IMG/VR virus record: IMGVR_UViG_3300032523_001366
Coordinates: 4,016-68,015 of that record
DNA length: 64,000 nucleotides
Reading direction: 5' to 3' (one strand)
Source: a virus
In this document: in pieces, positions 39,209 to 49,496 of the stretch
Numbering within the stretch: position 1 is the first letter of the stretch
Layout: every line of letters starts with the position of its first letter
The notes under the pieces: generated by a model
Seen by the model: only the letters and a program-made list of their open reading frames with translations
Told to the model about the DNA's origin: nothing
The model's database searches: none
Position numbers and translations under genes: made by a program

Positions 39209-40576
39209 ATGGATCCTGCTCAAGGATTTAGAATGCCTAGCGAAAACGCAGCCCGGGAATCAAATCGAGGAGATCATATCCTCAAGCCCGGCGTAGGAAT
39301 GATTAAGAGGCCGTCATGGGCCAAGTCTGACCCGACTGTATTAAGGGTGCTCCCCTGTATACAAGACGGAAACTTCCAGCCAACTCGGTATAACAATACC
39401 GACTTCAGTGGTTGGTTCTACGCCGCCTCTATGGTACTAGGGTTTGGCAACCCTCAAAAGTCCTGGATTGCATATGATCCAGAAGACACTCACTATGACA
39501 CTAGGAATAATCCTGCTGTTATCTTGTACGACTTGGCTAGCCAAGTAAGTGTCGGCAAGATTAAGGGACCACAAGAGTGGGCCCTAATGATTAAGGGAGG
39601 CCAGGGCAGGTCTGCCCTTATCTCTAGGCCAGATATGGCACTTATGGTTCGGTGCGCTATTTATGAAAATAAAGGCGCTTCTAATAACCCTCCAGACGGG
39701 TTAGCTCCTAATCACCAGACTGTCTTTATGCTATTAAAGAAGTCTGCTTGGTCCTCCATGAATAAGGAGATCAATACGCCTAGCGGAGTAACCTCTGAGG
39801 ATCCTAATCTTAGATTTCAGCATGGTGACATAGTAAGCCTGACCGATGGGGCTTACATGCTGTTCTATGAAATGGGCTTTACCCCTAGAGGGTACGAGCA
39901 CCTCAAGGCTGTCAGCCCTATGGCTTATACTGGAAAGTCTAAGCCTATCGGGTATGATTGTCTTCTATCTAAGTCCTACCGTGGCCAGCCAGCCACCTTC
40001 AGTAATGAAGAGATTGCTATGATAGCTAAGCGGGTAGAAACACCCATCAAGGAGTGTGTCAATATTCCATCTGATGAGGAGCAAGTAAGATTCATCGTAG
40101 ATAGTATGAGGGACAACGCAGCTTCGGCTGGGTTGGTCGTTCACGCTCTGCGAGACAGATACGAACGCATCATGCCAGCTGACTTTGTCGGCTTCGGTAA
40201 TGAGTTCTTACGTCAGGTCGGGTTGATGGCTACATTAGTCTCTAACCCCGGGTTTAATCAGCCCGCAGTCCAGGCTCAGGCTCAATGGGCACCAAACCAG
40301 ACCCCTCTGGCTTACCAGCAGGCTACCTCTAACTTGGCGCCTGTAGGTGTTCCTGTACCGCAGCCTGTTTACGACTACTATCCTAAGGTCTCAGCACCTG
40401 CTATTCCCCATCCGGTTTCTGTGCCTAACACAGTCCCCATGGTTAATAACATGGCTGACATTCAACGGATGGTAAGCAGTAACATCTCTGAGTCATCTGA
40501 AAACTCAGAGAAAATTCAGGATATCCTAAAAGCCAAGCTTTCTAAGGCTCGGTCTACTAACGGAGCCGCTGAATAG
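39209..40576 (+). CDS. hypothetical protein, possible ssDNA-binding/recombination mediator
   Basis: 455 aa directly upstream of RecA; VLRVLP loosely like gp32 IRFLP; no acidic tail, so function uncertain. Confidence 0.4.
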   Translation: MDPAQGFRMPSENAARESNRGDHILKPGVGMIKRPSWAKSDPTVLRVLPCIQDGNFQPTRYNNTDFSGWFYAASMVLGFGNPQKSWIAYDPEDTHYDTRNNPAVILYDLASQVSVGKIKGPQEWALMIKGGQGRSALISRPDMALMVRCAIYENKGASNNPPDGLAPNHQTVFMLLKKSAWSSMNKEINTPSGVTSEDPNLRFQHGDIVSLTDGAYMLFYEMGFTPRGYEHLKAVSPMAYTGKSKPIGYDCLLSKSYRGQPATFSNEEIAMIAKRVETPIKECVNIPSDEEQVRFIVDSMRDNAASAGLVVHALRDRYERIMPADFVGFGNEFLRQVGLMATLVSNPGFNQPAVQAQAQWAPNQTPLAYQQATSNLAPVGVPVPQPVYDYYPKVSAPAIPHPVSVPNTVPMVNNMADIQRMVSSNISESSENSEKIQDILKAKLSKARSTNGAAE

Positions 40577-40592
40577 TAAGTGTAAACCTTGA

Positions 40593-40623
40593 GTACCCCT
40601 TGCTACGGCAAGGGGTACATTTA
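40593..40623 (+). terminator. intrinsic terminator
   Basis: GTACCCCTTGC-TACG-GCAAGGGGTAC then ATTTA. Confidence 0.65.
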
Positions 40624-40669
40624 TAACTACGCAGATAACAACATATTACTACATATATAAGAGGGCATC

Positions 40670-41848
40670 ATGGCCAAGAAGAAGTCGGATCTAGCACCAG
40701 ACGCACTAACAAGCTTTTTTTCTACTCAGATGGCAGCATCTCAGAACAAGCTTGGAAGAAGTGACATGTATTTAGGAAACGAATCTGAATCGGTTGTAAT
40801 AGGAATACCTCTAAGGGCTTTCAGCCTCAGGTACTTCTTTGCAAACGATTGTTTCCCTCTGTCAAGAATGACTGAGATATATGGTCCTAGTGGTTCGTGT
40901 AAGACGGCTTTTTTGTTTGAAATATTCAAGTGGCACGTAGATGGCTCAGGCGGGTATGTGTATAACCTAACAGAGGCTAGAGATACGCCAGACTTAAGAT
41001 CCAGTATTATAGGATTCGATAAAGATAAAGGGTTTCCTACTAACATATGCACCTCGGTAGAAGGTTGGCAGAACAATATAACTGCATGGTTAAAGAACAG
41101 TAGAAAAGCTTATCCTGATATAGGCGGGTGCCCTTTTCCAGTTGCTATAGGAGTAGACTCTCTTACTGGTGTTGCCACTGATTCGGATATCACTGATATA
41201 TGGGAAGAAGGTCACGCAAAGGTAGGGTTCGCTAAAGGAGCTAACCTAATCAACACCTATTGCAAGTTCCTGTTCAATGAGCTCAGAGTTTGGCCTTTCA
41301 GCTTCATCGGCGTAAACCATGTAAAGATCTCAAAGGATAGTAGGGGATTCAATCTAAAGAGAATACCCGGAGGTGATGCTCTAACCTACCACTCCACCAT
41401 GAAGATATACACTACCCTCAAGGATAAGATACAGAAGTTAAATGAGTCCGTAAGAATAGTTAAGATGGAAATGGAGAAGAACTCTTTAAGTAACGCAGGA
41501 GAAAACAGGGATATTACAGTGTCCATGAGGTGGTCTCCTGATGAAGAAGGTAGACAGAACACTGTATGGGATTGGCATGAAGCTACCATAACTACCATCG
41601 TAGATATGGATGCTACCATCAAAGGTAGAACATGCGCCTTCTTACAGTTGGAGAACATAGACAAGTCAAGGAAGACCGCTGACTGCGGACTACTAGGACT
41701 CGTCAAGGCTAAGTGGACAGACATAGGCAAAGCCATAGAAGACAATGACGAGGCTAGGACAGAGCTAGATAGAATGCACGGAATAGTAAAGCGCAATCCG
41801 TTTAAGCCTGGAGTACCTTACTGTGACCAGATGTCCGTAACCGAATAG
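40670..41848 (+). CDS. recA: RecA/UvsX-like recombinase
   Basis: PLSRMTEIYGPSGSCKT, IGVDSL, IGVNH, PGGDALTYHS, MEKN. Confidence 0.88.
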   Translation: MAKKKSDLAPDALTSFFSTQMAASQNKLGRSDMYLGNESESVVIGIPLRAFSLRYFFANDCFPLSRMTEIYGPSGSCKTAFLFEIFKWHVDGSGGYVYNLTEARDTPDLRSSIIGFDKDKGFPTNICTSVEGWQNNITAWLKNSRKAYPDIGGCPFPVAIGVDSLTGVATDSDITDIWEEGHAKVGFAKGANLINTYCKFLFNELRVWPFSFIGVNHVKISKDSRGFNLKRIPGGDALTYHSTMKIYTTLKDKIQKLNESVRIVKMEMEKNSLSNAGENRDITVSMRWSPDEEGRQNTVWDWHEATITTIVDMDATIKGRTCAFLQLENIDKSRKTADCGLLGLVKAKWTDIGKAIEDNDEARTELDRMHGIVKRNPFKPGVPYCDQMSVTE

Positions 41849-41860
41849 AAGGGTAATAAC

Positions 41861-42415
41861 ATGTTTGACGAAAAAGCTGACTTCTTTAAAGACAGGCCAT
41901 TTGGCATAGACTCAGAGGAAGCATCCTCTGAGTCGGCCTTTAAGATTCTACTAAAGAGATTCCCAACTGCTGGGCATATAAAGGAGCTGAAGGAGCTGTG
42001 TAAGGTCCAGACATCACAGTCTAGGATTACCTTATCGTGGTTTTCCGAAGAGTTTCCTAGCTTTCCAGTTAAGGTGTTCTATAAGAATGTTCCCTGGGTT
42101 AGGGACATGTGGGACGGCTTATACAGCAAGTTTAAAAAGACAGACCTTTATTCCTCGTGGAAGGAGGAAGAGGATAAGTTTAAGGGAGTACATAGCGATG
42201 GAAGGCCGTCTGTTTTGGTGTTTAACTGGCCTAAGTGGAAGACCTGCTGTATGCATAACTGTGAATCAGAAAGATTCGGTGGTTCATGGTATAGTGTGGC
42301 TTCTAATGATAAGTCCAGGGAAAGCTTAAAGATAGTAAGATCGTTAGCAACTGGAGAGACCTTTGTGATCGAACCTTTCGATCAGTTTCTCGAGAGTATA
42401 TCTTGGTCTAAGTGA
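41861..42415 (+). CDS. hypothetical protein
   Basis: 184-aa ORF in operon. Confidence 0.65.
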   Translation: MFDEKADFFKDRPFGIDSEEASSESAFKILLKRFPTAGHIKELKELCKVQTSQSRITLSWFSEEFPSFPVKVFYKNVPWVRDMWDGLYSKFKKTDLYSSWKEEEDKFKGVHSDGRPSVLVFNWPKWKTCCMHNCESERFGGSWYSVASNDKSRESLKIVRSLATGETFVIEPFDQFLESISWSK

Positions 42416-42430
42416 CCAGAAAGAGACGTA

Positions 42431-42823
42431 ATGAATACTAATACAAACTTATCCGTTCAACTCTATAAGTCTATGCACCTTCCGTGCACAGCTAAAGATA
42501 CGGAGGACACTACTATCGCGAACTCGGACCGGTATCTTGAAGTACAAGTGTCATACCTTCCTGACTGTGCGTCTGCCGTATCTATGGAGGACAGAGCCAT
42601 TAGAGAGAGCGCAGACAGGGATTGGTTTAAAGTCCTTGTAGATCTTAACCCTAACATAGACAACTTAGCCGCGGCGGTGGACCATGCTTCTAAGGTCTTC
42701 ATTGACTCCGTAATGCCACGTACCATGCAAATAAACGTAACGCTGAGCGGAACAGCGGATCGTAATGAGTTCTGTACCAAGTCTGTCTCCCTCGACTACT
42801 CCAGGGATGTAGAGGTCGTATAG
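42431..42823 (+). CDS. hypothetical protein
   Basis: 130-aa ORF in operon. Confidence 0.6.
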   Translation: MNTNTNLSVQLYKSMHLPCTAKDTEDTTIANSDRYLEVQVSYLPDCASAVSMEDRAIRESADRDWFKVLVDLNPNIDNLAAAVDHASKVFIDSVMPRTMQINVTLSGTADRNEFCTKSVSLDYSRDVEVV

Positions 42824-42824
42824 T

Positions 42825-44006
42825 ATGCCCGTCCCTAACTACAACCAGGAGTCTTTAGCCGTTGAGGTGCAAGGACTTACGTTCAACAGCACTCAATATG
42901 GTAAGCTAGTTGACTTCCTATCTGATCAAGAAAGGATTACTGAGTCTTGGCTAATAGACGACGAGTCTCAGTTGTCCCTAACCAGAAAAGGAAAGACTGT
43001 TGGAGGCGATAGAATATCCTGGTTGGCTTTACGCCAGATCTGCAAGAACCTATCTTCAGGTCTGGCTTCTTCTTTATCTGATCTTATAGGCCTACGAAGA
43101 GCAGCAGAGTCAATGGACGGGCCGGCTAGAATGAAGGCTGATCCTGATGATGACTTCACAGTAGGAGAAGCTGCTGCTCTTTATAACTTGGCCCTTAAGA
43201 AAAGGTTTGGAAGACTCTTCGGGTTTCAGGCAGTGAGAAATACGGAGACAAAGATAATAGAAGCGGTTGTTGGGTCTAGGTATAGGCGAATATCTAATAG
43301 CGAATTTCTATCGGCTGTTTCAAACATTATAGAGTCACTGGATCTGGAATTACAGTTTAGGTCTGCTGTACTCTACGATAGAAAAATATCTATTACGTAT
43401 ACTTTGAAGGGCTACGATGACTGCAGCCTAACTCCTGGACTACTAGTGAGTAACAGCGAAATAGGTGATGCAGCTATACGGGCCACTACTATACTTACCA
43501 ACAGTGAAGACTGCGTTATGTCTGCTCCTTTTGGAAAGCTAGGACGAGTAGCCCACTCAGGAAAAGATCTATTGGGTAAGCTTTCACAGCTTATTACAGG
43601 AGTATCTTCTAGACTTAAAAATAACTTATTCTCTAAAGATAGCCTAAACGACAGGGTAGAAAGTAATAAGGCTAAGTCTTTAGGGTTTAAGGGAGAAGGG
43701 GAGGATGAAGAAAGGTTTAAACAGCTAATAGAGTTCCTCACTGATAGGTGCGGTATGCCATACATTACTGCAAAGAAATGTATATCAAAAACGTTAGCTG
43801 GATCTGACTTGGAAAGAGGCACATTTTCCATGCTGGAAAGGTCTACTACCTGGCCTAAGAAGTCCGTTATGTGTTTGGTTGAGGTAATTACCAAGGAGTG
43901 CAGAGATCAGGTCCTATTGAGTTTTTTTTCAAAAGACAAACTCGAAAGGGTAGCCTGGCCTTTGTTCTTTAATAAATTATCCGTTCCGGGAACAGCCGGA
44001 GAGTAA
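42825..44006 (+). CDS. DUF932-like protein
   Basis: AVVGSRYRRISNSEFL and GLLVSNSEIGDAAI match DUF932 patterns. Confidence 0.6.
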   Translation: MPVPNYNQESLAVEVQGLTFNSTQYGKLVDFLSDQERITESWLIDDESQLSLTRKGKTVGGDRISWLALRQICKNLSSGLASSLSDLIGLRRAAESMDGPARMKADPDDDFTVGEAAALYNLALKKRFGRLFGFQAVRNTETKIIEAVVGSRYRRISNSEFLSAVSNIIESLDLELQFRSAVLYDRKISITYTLKGYDDCSLTPGLLVSNSEIGDAAIRATTILTNSEDCVMSAPFGKLGRVAHSGKDLLGKLSQLITGVSSRLKNNLFSKDSLNDRVESNKAKSLGFKGEGEDEERFKQLIEFLTDRCGMPYITAKKCISKTLAGSDLERGTFSMLERSTTWPKKSVMCLVEVITKECRDQVLLSFFSKDKLERVAWPLFFNKLSVPGTAGE

Positions 44007-44035
44007 ATTTTTTTCTATTCACATTGAGGTGTAAC

Positions 44036-44956
44036 ATGACCGATAAATTTGAGGCCCTTCATAACACTACAAAAGCCGCAGGCAATACTCATGAGGTAGA
44101 AGCTGCAGACAAGGTTAGTGGGGACGTGATGGAGCTAACGAAAGCTGAGCTAGAGCTCAGAAAGAAAGCTATAGACGGTATGGACGAGCAACTTCTAGCC
44201 ATTTATCAGCAGGAGGTTGCCGCCTATAAAGACCATAGAGGAGACATCGTAAGTTTTAATTATGATAGAGGCACCGTAGCAGCAGAGGTAAATAGAAATC
44301 CTAATTACGGTACTGCGGCAATTGACCTACTAAGTGTCGCTCTAGGACTTGATAGGTCTACGATGTATAAAACAATGCGATTCAGTAACATGTATACTAC
44401 AAAGGCGGATCTTGAAGACACACTTCAAGACGCAGACAAAAGAGGAGTAACTCTTACTTGGTCTCACTTTGTAGCCGTCCTTTCCATTCCAGAAACAGAA
44501 GGCTCGTCTGACCCACATGAAGACAGGCGTAGAATGCTGGATACTGCAGTAGAAAATAAGATGTCCGTTAGAGCATTGTCTGCTGAAGTTAAGCTGGTCT
44601 ATGGCAATAGCACAGCTACTAAGGTCAACACAGCTAGAGCTAATGTGAAGTCCTTATTCAAGCAGCTGGATGGAGGCAATACCAGGTTCGCGGTTAAGCT
44701 GAAGAGTAAGGCCGACGATTTGATTAGTGACTTTGACGAAGCTGTAGAGACAGGGTCGTCTGAAGACATTAAGCACTACCTAGAAAAAGCCTTAGCTCTA
44801 AAGTTAAGCCTCGATGCAGTTATTGACCTCGTAGGAAGGGTAAAAAGCTTCATAGATAAGTTCCCAGGTAAGATCAGTAGTGCAGTAGCCGAGAGAAAGA
44901 AGGTAGCTGACATGCGAGATGACTCTGACACTAAAAAGTCAAAGGTAGCTAAGTAA
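44036..44956 (+). CDS. protein with DUF1016/YhcG N-terminal-like helical domain
   Basis: STMYKTMRF...LTWSHFVAVL...AVENKMSVRAL. Confidence 0.5.
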   Translation: MTDKFEALHNTTKAAGNTHEVEAADKVSGDVMELTKAELELRKKAIDGMDEQLLAIYQQEVAAYKDHRGDIVSFNYDRGTVAAEVNRNPNYGTAAIDLLSVALGLDRSTMYKTMRFSNMYTTKADLEDTLQDADKRGVTLTWSHFVAVLSIPETEGSSDPHEDRRRMLDTAVENKMSVRALSAEVKLVYGNSTATKVNTARANVKSLFKQLDGGNTRFAVKLKSKADDLISDFDEAVETGSSEDIKHYLEKALALKLSLDAVIDLVGRVKSFIDKFPGKISSAVAERKKVADMRDDSDTKKSKVAK

Positions 44957-45642
44957 TGTCTACAACCATCTGTTGTTTACTGTATGGTAACTACACAAAG
45001 CTCGCTGATAGGTGCCTTAGGCCTATCAGCGAGCTTTATAACAATGGGGTAGAGGTGAGGCTTGGGTGCAACGAGACATCTCAAGATACAGAGGACTTAA
45101 TAAACAAGCTACTACCTCCGTCAGAAAGACTAACGGTGATAAGGCACAACCCTCAGATATACAAGTACCCTATTATGAGGGAGCTATTTAACGTTAAGCC
45201 TATAACTACTGACAAGGTTATGTGGTTCGACGATGACAGCTTTATAAAAGATACAAACCCTATCGGCTGGCTGAACTCTACTCAAGAGTTCATGGATAAT
45301 ACCAAAGCCAACATGATAGGGTCCCTGTACTACATGCCGGTGTCGCATAAACAACAACAGTGGAGACGTCTCCACTGTTCTTGGTTTAAGCCTGAGCTCC
45401 ACAAAAGTAAGGCCTGCTTTGCTACTGGAGGCTGGTGGACTATTAAGTCAGAGGTAATAACTAAATACGATTGGCCTCATCCTATGCTAAAGCACAGAGG
45501 AGGCGATGTACTATTAGGAGAGCTTATGAGCCACGCCGGGTTAAAGCTGGTAAGGTATAACACTGGTATAGGCATAAATTCTGACAGTGAGGGCAAAGAG
45601 TCACAATCAAAACGTAGAGGTTATGATGAGCCCCCAATTTAG
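44956..45642 (+). CDS. GT-A fold glycosyltransferase
   Basis: MWFDDDS DxD-type motif; FATGGWW; GGDVLLG. Confidence 0.6.
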   Translation: MSTTICCLLYGNYTKLADRCLRPISELYNNGVEVRLGCNETSQDTEDLINKLLPPSERLTVIRHNPQIYKYPIMRELFNVKPITTDKVMWFDDDSFIKDTNPIGWLNSTQEFMDNTKANMIGSLYYMPVSHKQQQWRRLHCSWFKPELHKSKACFATGGWWTIKSEVITKYDWPHPMLKHRGGDVLLGELMSHAGLKLVRYNTGIGINSDSEGKESQSKRRGYDEPPI

Positions 45643-45653
45643 CTGGAGTAAAA

Positions 45654-46595
45654 ATGCGTAAAAAGGATATAGAGCATGAAAAGATTAAAGTGTCTGTCAG
45701 TAAAATACAAGACGTGCGTAAAAGAGTACATGATTGTCTTCGCCCTTTTATTGGTAGTACTCTTTGTGGCGTCGTGTTTGATAGGGCTACATCTGCTCTT
45801 TCATTTTGTGTTCCCAAGTCCTGCATAAACATAACTTGTAGTCAGGACATGCTGTTAAAGTTTACTAGACAACCTGTAACAGCTAAGGATGTAAGGATTA
45901 TAGGTGCAAGGGTTGCAGGTAACCTTGAGCACATAATGTCCGGTAACCCTATGTATGACAATGACTGGAGGTCAAGGTCTGGATGGGGCTTAGTCCAGGT
46001 GTTTGGAATAGAGAAGGCTACAAGGACGTTCAAGGATGGAGTAACTCAGTCAGGAGCGTGGCTTGACCTGGATATACATTCAGGACCTGCTAGTGGGTAT
46101 AAGCTAAAGAAGTTTTGGTCTTTGGATATGTTTAACTTTGCTAAATATAGAATGGGGTTTAGTTACCCTACATCTAACCCTACCTCTAAAGCAGTATGCG
46201 GCTATCCATTTTTAGATGAGTCATATGTATTTGGCTTATACTTTTTAGGGTACTTTGATCACATGGCCCTTAGAGGAGATAAGCCGGAATACACTAAGTT
46301 CTTGTGTACTGACTACCTGGTAGACATAAACAGAAAGCTTTTAAGGAAGAGACTTAGGTCTATACACACTAAGGAGGACTTTAAATGCCCGACTTCTGTA
46401 CCTGTTTCAACCCCTTGCCACAAATGCCCTTCTGGCGTAGACGCGTGCGAAGCAGCAGTAAGAAGAAAGTCATACATATCGGGTGACTGTAAGTCGTGCG
46501 GGCAGTTATCTTGGATAGATCCCTATAAGTCTGACTCTTGCATTAATTGTAGTTCCTCGGTAAGCTTACACGTAATTACGGTACCTAAAGAATAG
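45654..46595 (+). CDS. hypothetical protein with Cys-rich C-terminus
   Basis: CHKC, CKSC, CINC. Confidence 0.65.
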   Translation: MRKKDIEHEKIKVSVSKIQDVRKRVHDCLRPFIGSTLCGVVFDRATSALSFCVPKSCINITCSQDMLLKFTRQPVTAKDVRIIGARVAGNLEHIMSGNPMYDNDWRSRSGWGLVQVFGIEKATRTFKDGVTQSGAWLDLDIHSGPASGYKLKKFWSLDMFNFAKYRMGFSYPTSNPTSKAVCGYPFLDESYVFGLYFLGYFDHMALRGDKPEYTKFLCTDYLVDINRKLLRKRLRSIHTKEDFKCPTSVPVSTPCHKCPSGVDACEAAVRRKSYISGDCKSCGQLSWIDPYKSDSCINCSSSVSLHVITVPKE

Positions 46596-46615
46596 AAGAA
46601 AGGCAGAAGATAGTC

Positions 46616-47113
46616 ATGGCAGTAAATATGATAGGACACCCAGACAAGAGAAGATACAACCCAGGCAGGGATATAGCCTATTGCTGGCCGTGGATTATGC
46701 GCTCAGCCATAGATCGCATTACATCTGGGTCTGGTGAACCGTGGGCGTTAAAGGTTATAGATAAGTACAACATAAGTAATGAAGACCTAGTAAAAGTGGC
46801 CAAGGGTTTGGCCACTTTTATGGCTTTATGCAATGACCCAGAGAAGTGCCCAGACAATCCAAAGGACACAGTAGAAGCAAGTGGTCTATTTGGGTGTAGC
46901 GAAGAGGCTAGATTACTAGTATACTCTGCGGTCGGAGAGACCATGTTGGCTGCTTTCTTTTTAGCTATCAGGGATGTTTTGTTAGAAGACGAACCATCTC
47001 CTCTTAATGATAAAAGGTTTGCAGAACTTATTCAGGCCTCCATGGATAAACTTTGTCTACGGAACGAGTCATTCTTCAGACGTTTTCTGAGGAAGATTAA
47101 GTCCTGGTTCTAA
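46616..47113 (+). CDS. hypothetical protein
   Basis: 165-aa ORF. Confidence 0.65.
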   Translation: MAVNMIGHPDKRRYNPGRDIAYCWPWIMRSAIDRITSGSGEPWALKVIDKYNISNEDLVKVAKGLATFMALCNDPEKCPDNPKDTVEASGLFGCSEEARLLVYSAVGETMLAAFFLAIRDVLLEDEPSPLNDKRFAELIQASMDKLCLRNESFFRRFLRKIKSWF

Positions 47114-47128
47114 CTAGATTGGATAGTC

Positions 47129-47911
47129 ATGGATGATGGCAGTATCTGGCTACTACAAGCTGTGTCTAAGCTTGGGCCCCTTCCAGTTAATTACCTAGTA
47201 TTCGATGTTGAATCGACGGGACTAGATCTTAAGAACGATCTAGTGGTTCAGCTTGGATACGCTGTAGTAATAAATAAGAAGCTAGTAGACTGCTCTCATT
47301 ACATACCAGATTGGACATCTGGAAAGGACAAGCACTTCTGTAACTGGCTGGAGAACAGAATGCTGATGACTAAAAATAGTATGGAGTCCCGCAACCAAGG
47401 ACAGGGGCCTATGTATAAGCACAGCACTCATAGAATGAAGGCAGAGGGAGTACCAGTTGCCGAAGCATTTACAAACTTTATGGACATCATAAAGATATGT
47501 AAGGCTAATAAGTTAAGCCTTATAGCCCACAACGGGCTTAAGTTTGACCAGCCCATTCTTAATAACAATATAAAGCAGGTTCTTGGTGAGCATGAATCCT
47601 TTGAGTTTGAAAAGATTGGAGTTGGCTATTTTGACACTATGGCAATGGAGCGAGGATTGTACAGCAGGATAGTGCCATATCCTGAGGATGATTGGATGAG
47701 CTTTACCGGCAGACTTGTAAAGGAGGGAGGAAGAATATATTCTTCTTTAGATAGGCACTGTTCAAATAAATATAATTTAGTAAACAAACATAGTATGAGT
47801 GGTAGTGCTCATGAGGCGGATTTTGACTGTAGATTAACCCACCATCTTTTTGAAGAGTACAGAGAGATGTGCGAGAGAGTCCAGCAAACCATAATCAAAG
47901 AGATTAAATGA
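47129..47911 (+). CDS. DEDDh 3'-5' exonuclease (DnaQ-like)
   Basis: FDVESTG, AHNGLKFD, FDT, AHEADFD. Confidence 0.88.
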   Translation: MDDGSIWLLQAVSKLGPLPVNYLVFDVESTGLDLKNDLVVQLGYAVVINKKLVDCSHYIPDWTSGKDKHFCNWLENRMLMTKNSMESRNQGQGPMYKHSTHRMKAEGVPVAEAFTNFMDIIKICKANKLSLIAHNGLKFDQPILNNNIKQVLGEHESFEFEKIGVGYFDTMAMERGLYSRIVPYPEDDWMSFTGRLVKEGGRIYSSLDRHCSNKYNLVNKHSMSGSAHEADFDCRLTHHLFEEYREMCERVQQTIIKEIK

Positions 47912-48546
47912 AATTCAACGTAGAAAAATATCCTGAAGACCTAGGAGAAAAGGTATCTGCCCTCAGGGTAGATAACACCAAGACAGTACTAGGATTAGAC
48001 CTAGGTACTAACTGCGGGTACTCTTACTGCTTCATAAATACCAAAATTGAAAGCAAGACTAGAATACACGCCGGACAGCTGGATCTATCAGCCGGCCCTT
48101 ACGATTCCGGAGCTATAAGGTTTATACGACTTAGGCAGTTCTTGTCTGCTATAAAGCCTGACCTTATATGCTACGAAGACGTAAAGTATACTCCATCAGG
48201 ACAGGGCTTTATGAGTGTAGGAGCTATTATAGCTAGAGCTGCCCCTGCTTGCGAATGGTTCGGAGCCCTTAAGGCTACAGTAAGTACTTGGGCTGAAGAG
48301 AATAATGTTCCTTGCTCTGGAATACCTATCGGTACTATAAAGAAGAGGGCAACTGGAAAAGGTAACGCAAATAAGGTAGATATCATAAAGGCTTGTAACA
48401 GCGAGTTTGGATTCGACTTTGACCATGAGGGTTATGAGAGCTCCGGAGTGGACAACATAGCAGACTCCGTGTACGTATGTGCTTTGGCAGTAGAAACTTA
48501 TGGATTAGGATTTAAAGAACAGAAAGAGGTTTTAGATGCACGCTAA
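47908..48546 (+). CDS. ruvC: RuvC-like Holliday junction resolvase
   Basis: LGLDLGTNCG, CYED, IKKRATGKGNANK, DNIADS. Confidence 0.85.
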   Translation: MKFNVEKYPEDLGEKVSALRVDNTKTVLGLDLGTNCGYSYCFINTKIESKTRIHAGQLDLSAGPYDSGAIRFIRLRQFLSAIKPDLICYEDVKYTPSGQGFMSVGAIIARAAPACEWFGALKATVSTWAEENNVPCSGIPIGTIKKRATGKGNANKVDIIKACNSEFGFDFDHEGYESSGVDNIADSVYVCALAVETYGLGFKEQKEVLDAR

Positions 48547-49495
48547 TCACGTTAACAACAGTAAGGTAGCTCACGCTACAAAAGACCCTTTAAAGTCAGC
48601 CCTGCTATATGAGGCAGAGGGCCCCGGAAGTCTATACTTTATGGACGCCCTAAAGCTGTCTAGGATGCTAGAGACAGCAGCCTTGGCAGACGTACAGGCT
48701 AAAGCATCAGCAATGGGTGCTAGTAGTGAGGCAGTGGATAAGCTTAAGCGCGACGTGGTCTATATGGCCAGGTCAAACCCCATAGAGAGCTTTAGAATAT
48801 CCAAGGCCTGTAGTAAGGCTTCAAAGTACCTATCAGACTCCTCTGAAAAGCACTCTAAAGGCTCTGGCTCAATACCTTCAAAAAAATGCAAGCCCCTTTA
48901 TAACAGGGAGAAGTATATGCAGAGGTTTGATGCTGGCTTAAATAACGATGAGCTTATAACTTCAAGTATACCAAACCTATTTACGGGTAAGAGAGAAGAC
49001 CTAGACTTAGTTATCTCTTACATACTAGATAGGTGTGAGATAAACGAGAACTGTTGCTTGCACTTAAGCTCAAAGAGCTTTAACAAGAAGCTTAATAAGA
49101 ACTACAAAAGGCTTAAACCAGAAGACTGGGAAGGAAAGTTAAAGGCTAGGAATAACTCAGGCATGAAAGGCTTGATAGCTATAGGAAGCATGCTTAAGCC
49201 GCTTGAAGTGTTAATAGTAGATGACCTAAGCCTTGGTTATGGCTATTCTGATAAGGCTTACTCTAATCTTAGAAAGGCTCATATGTGCTACAATAGCTGC
49301 AGCCTTAGCACATGCGCTAGGGGCGTAGTATTGTTAGCGTTTCAGGAAGCTGTATCTGACGATAAGATAAAAGACTCTTTCGCTATGACATCTATGATTG
49401 AAAAGTCAAACTATTACGAATGTCTGTCTGACGGTAAGAGTGTGTTCTTAAGGGATAAGTCTTTCAACCTAGTCCTAACTATACCTAAGGAGTAG
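48536..49495 (+). CDS. hypothetical protein
   Basis: 319-aa ORF, GAGGT SD. Confidence 0.65.
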   Translation: MHANHVNNSKVAHATKDPLKSALLYEAEGPGSLYFMDALKLSRMLETAALADVQAKASAMGASSEAVDKLKRDVVYMARSNPIESFRISKACSKASKYLSDSSEKHSKGSGSIPSKKCKPLYNREKYMQRFDAGLNNDELITSSIPNLFTGKREDLDLVISYILDRCEINENCCLHLSSKSFNKKLNKNYKRLKPEDWEGKLKARNNSGMKGLIAIGSMLKPLEVLIVDDLSLGYGYSDKAYSNLRKAHMCYNSCSLSTCARGVVLLAFQEAVSDDKIKDSFAMTSMIEKSNYYECLSDGKSVFLRDKSFNLVLTIPKE

Positions 49496-49496
49496 C

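Noticed and set aside
46958-46968. TTTTTAGCTAT match
   Set aside because: Inside a CDS (FFLAI), with no preceding hairpin and no promoter motif; likely chance.
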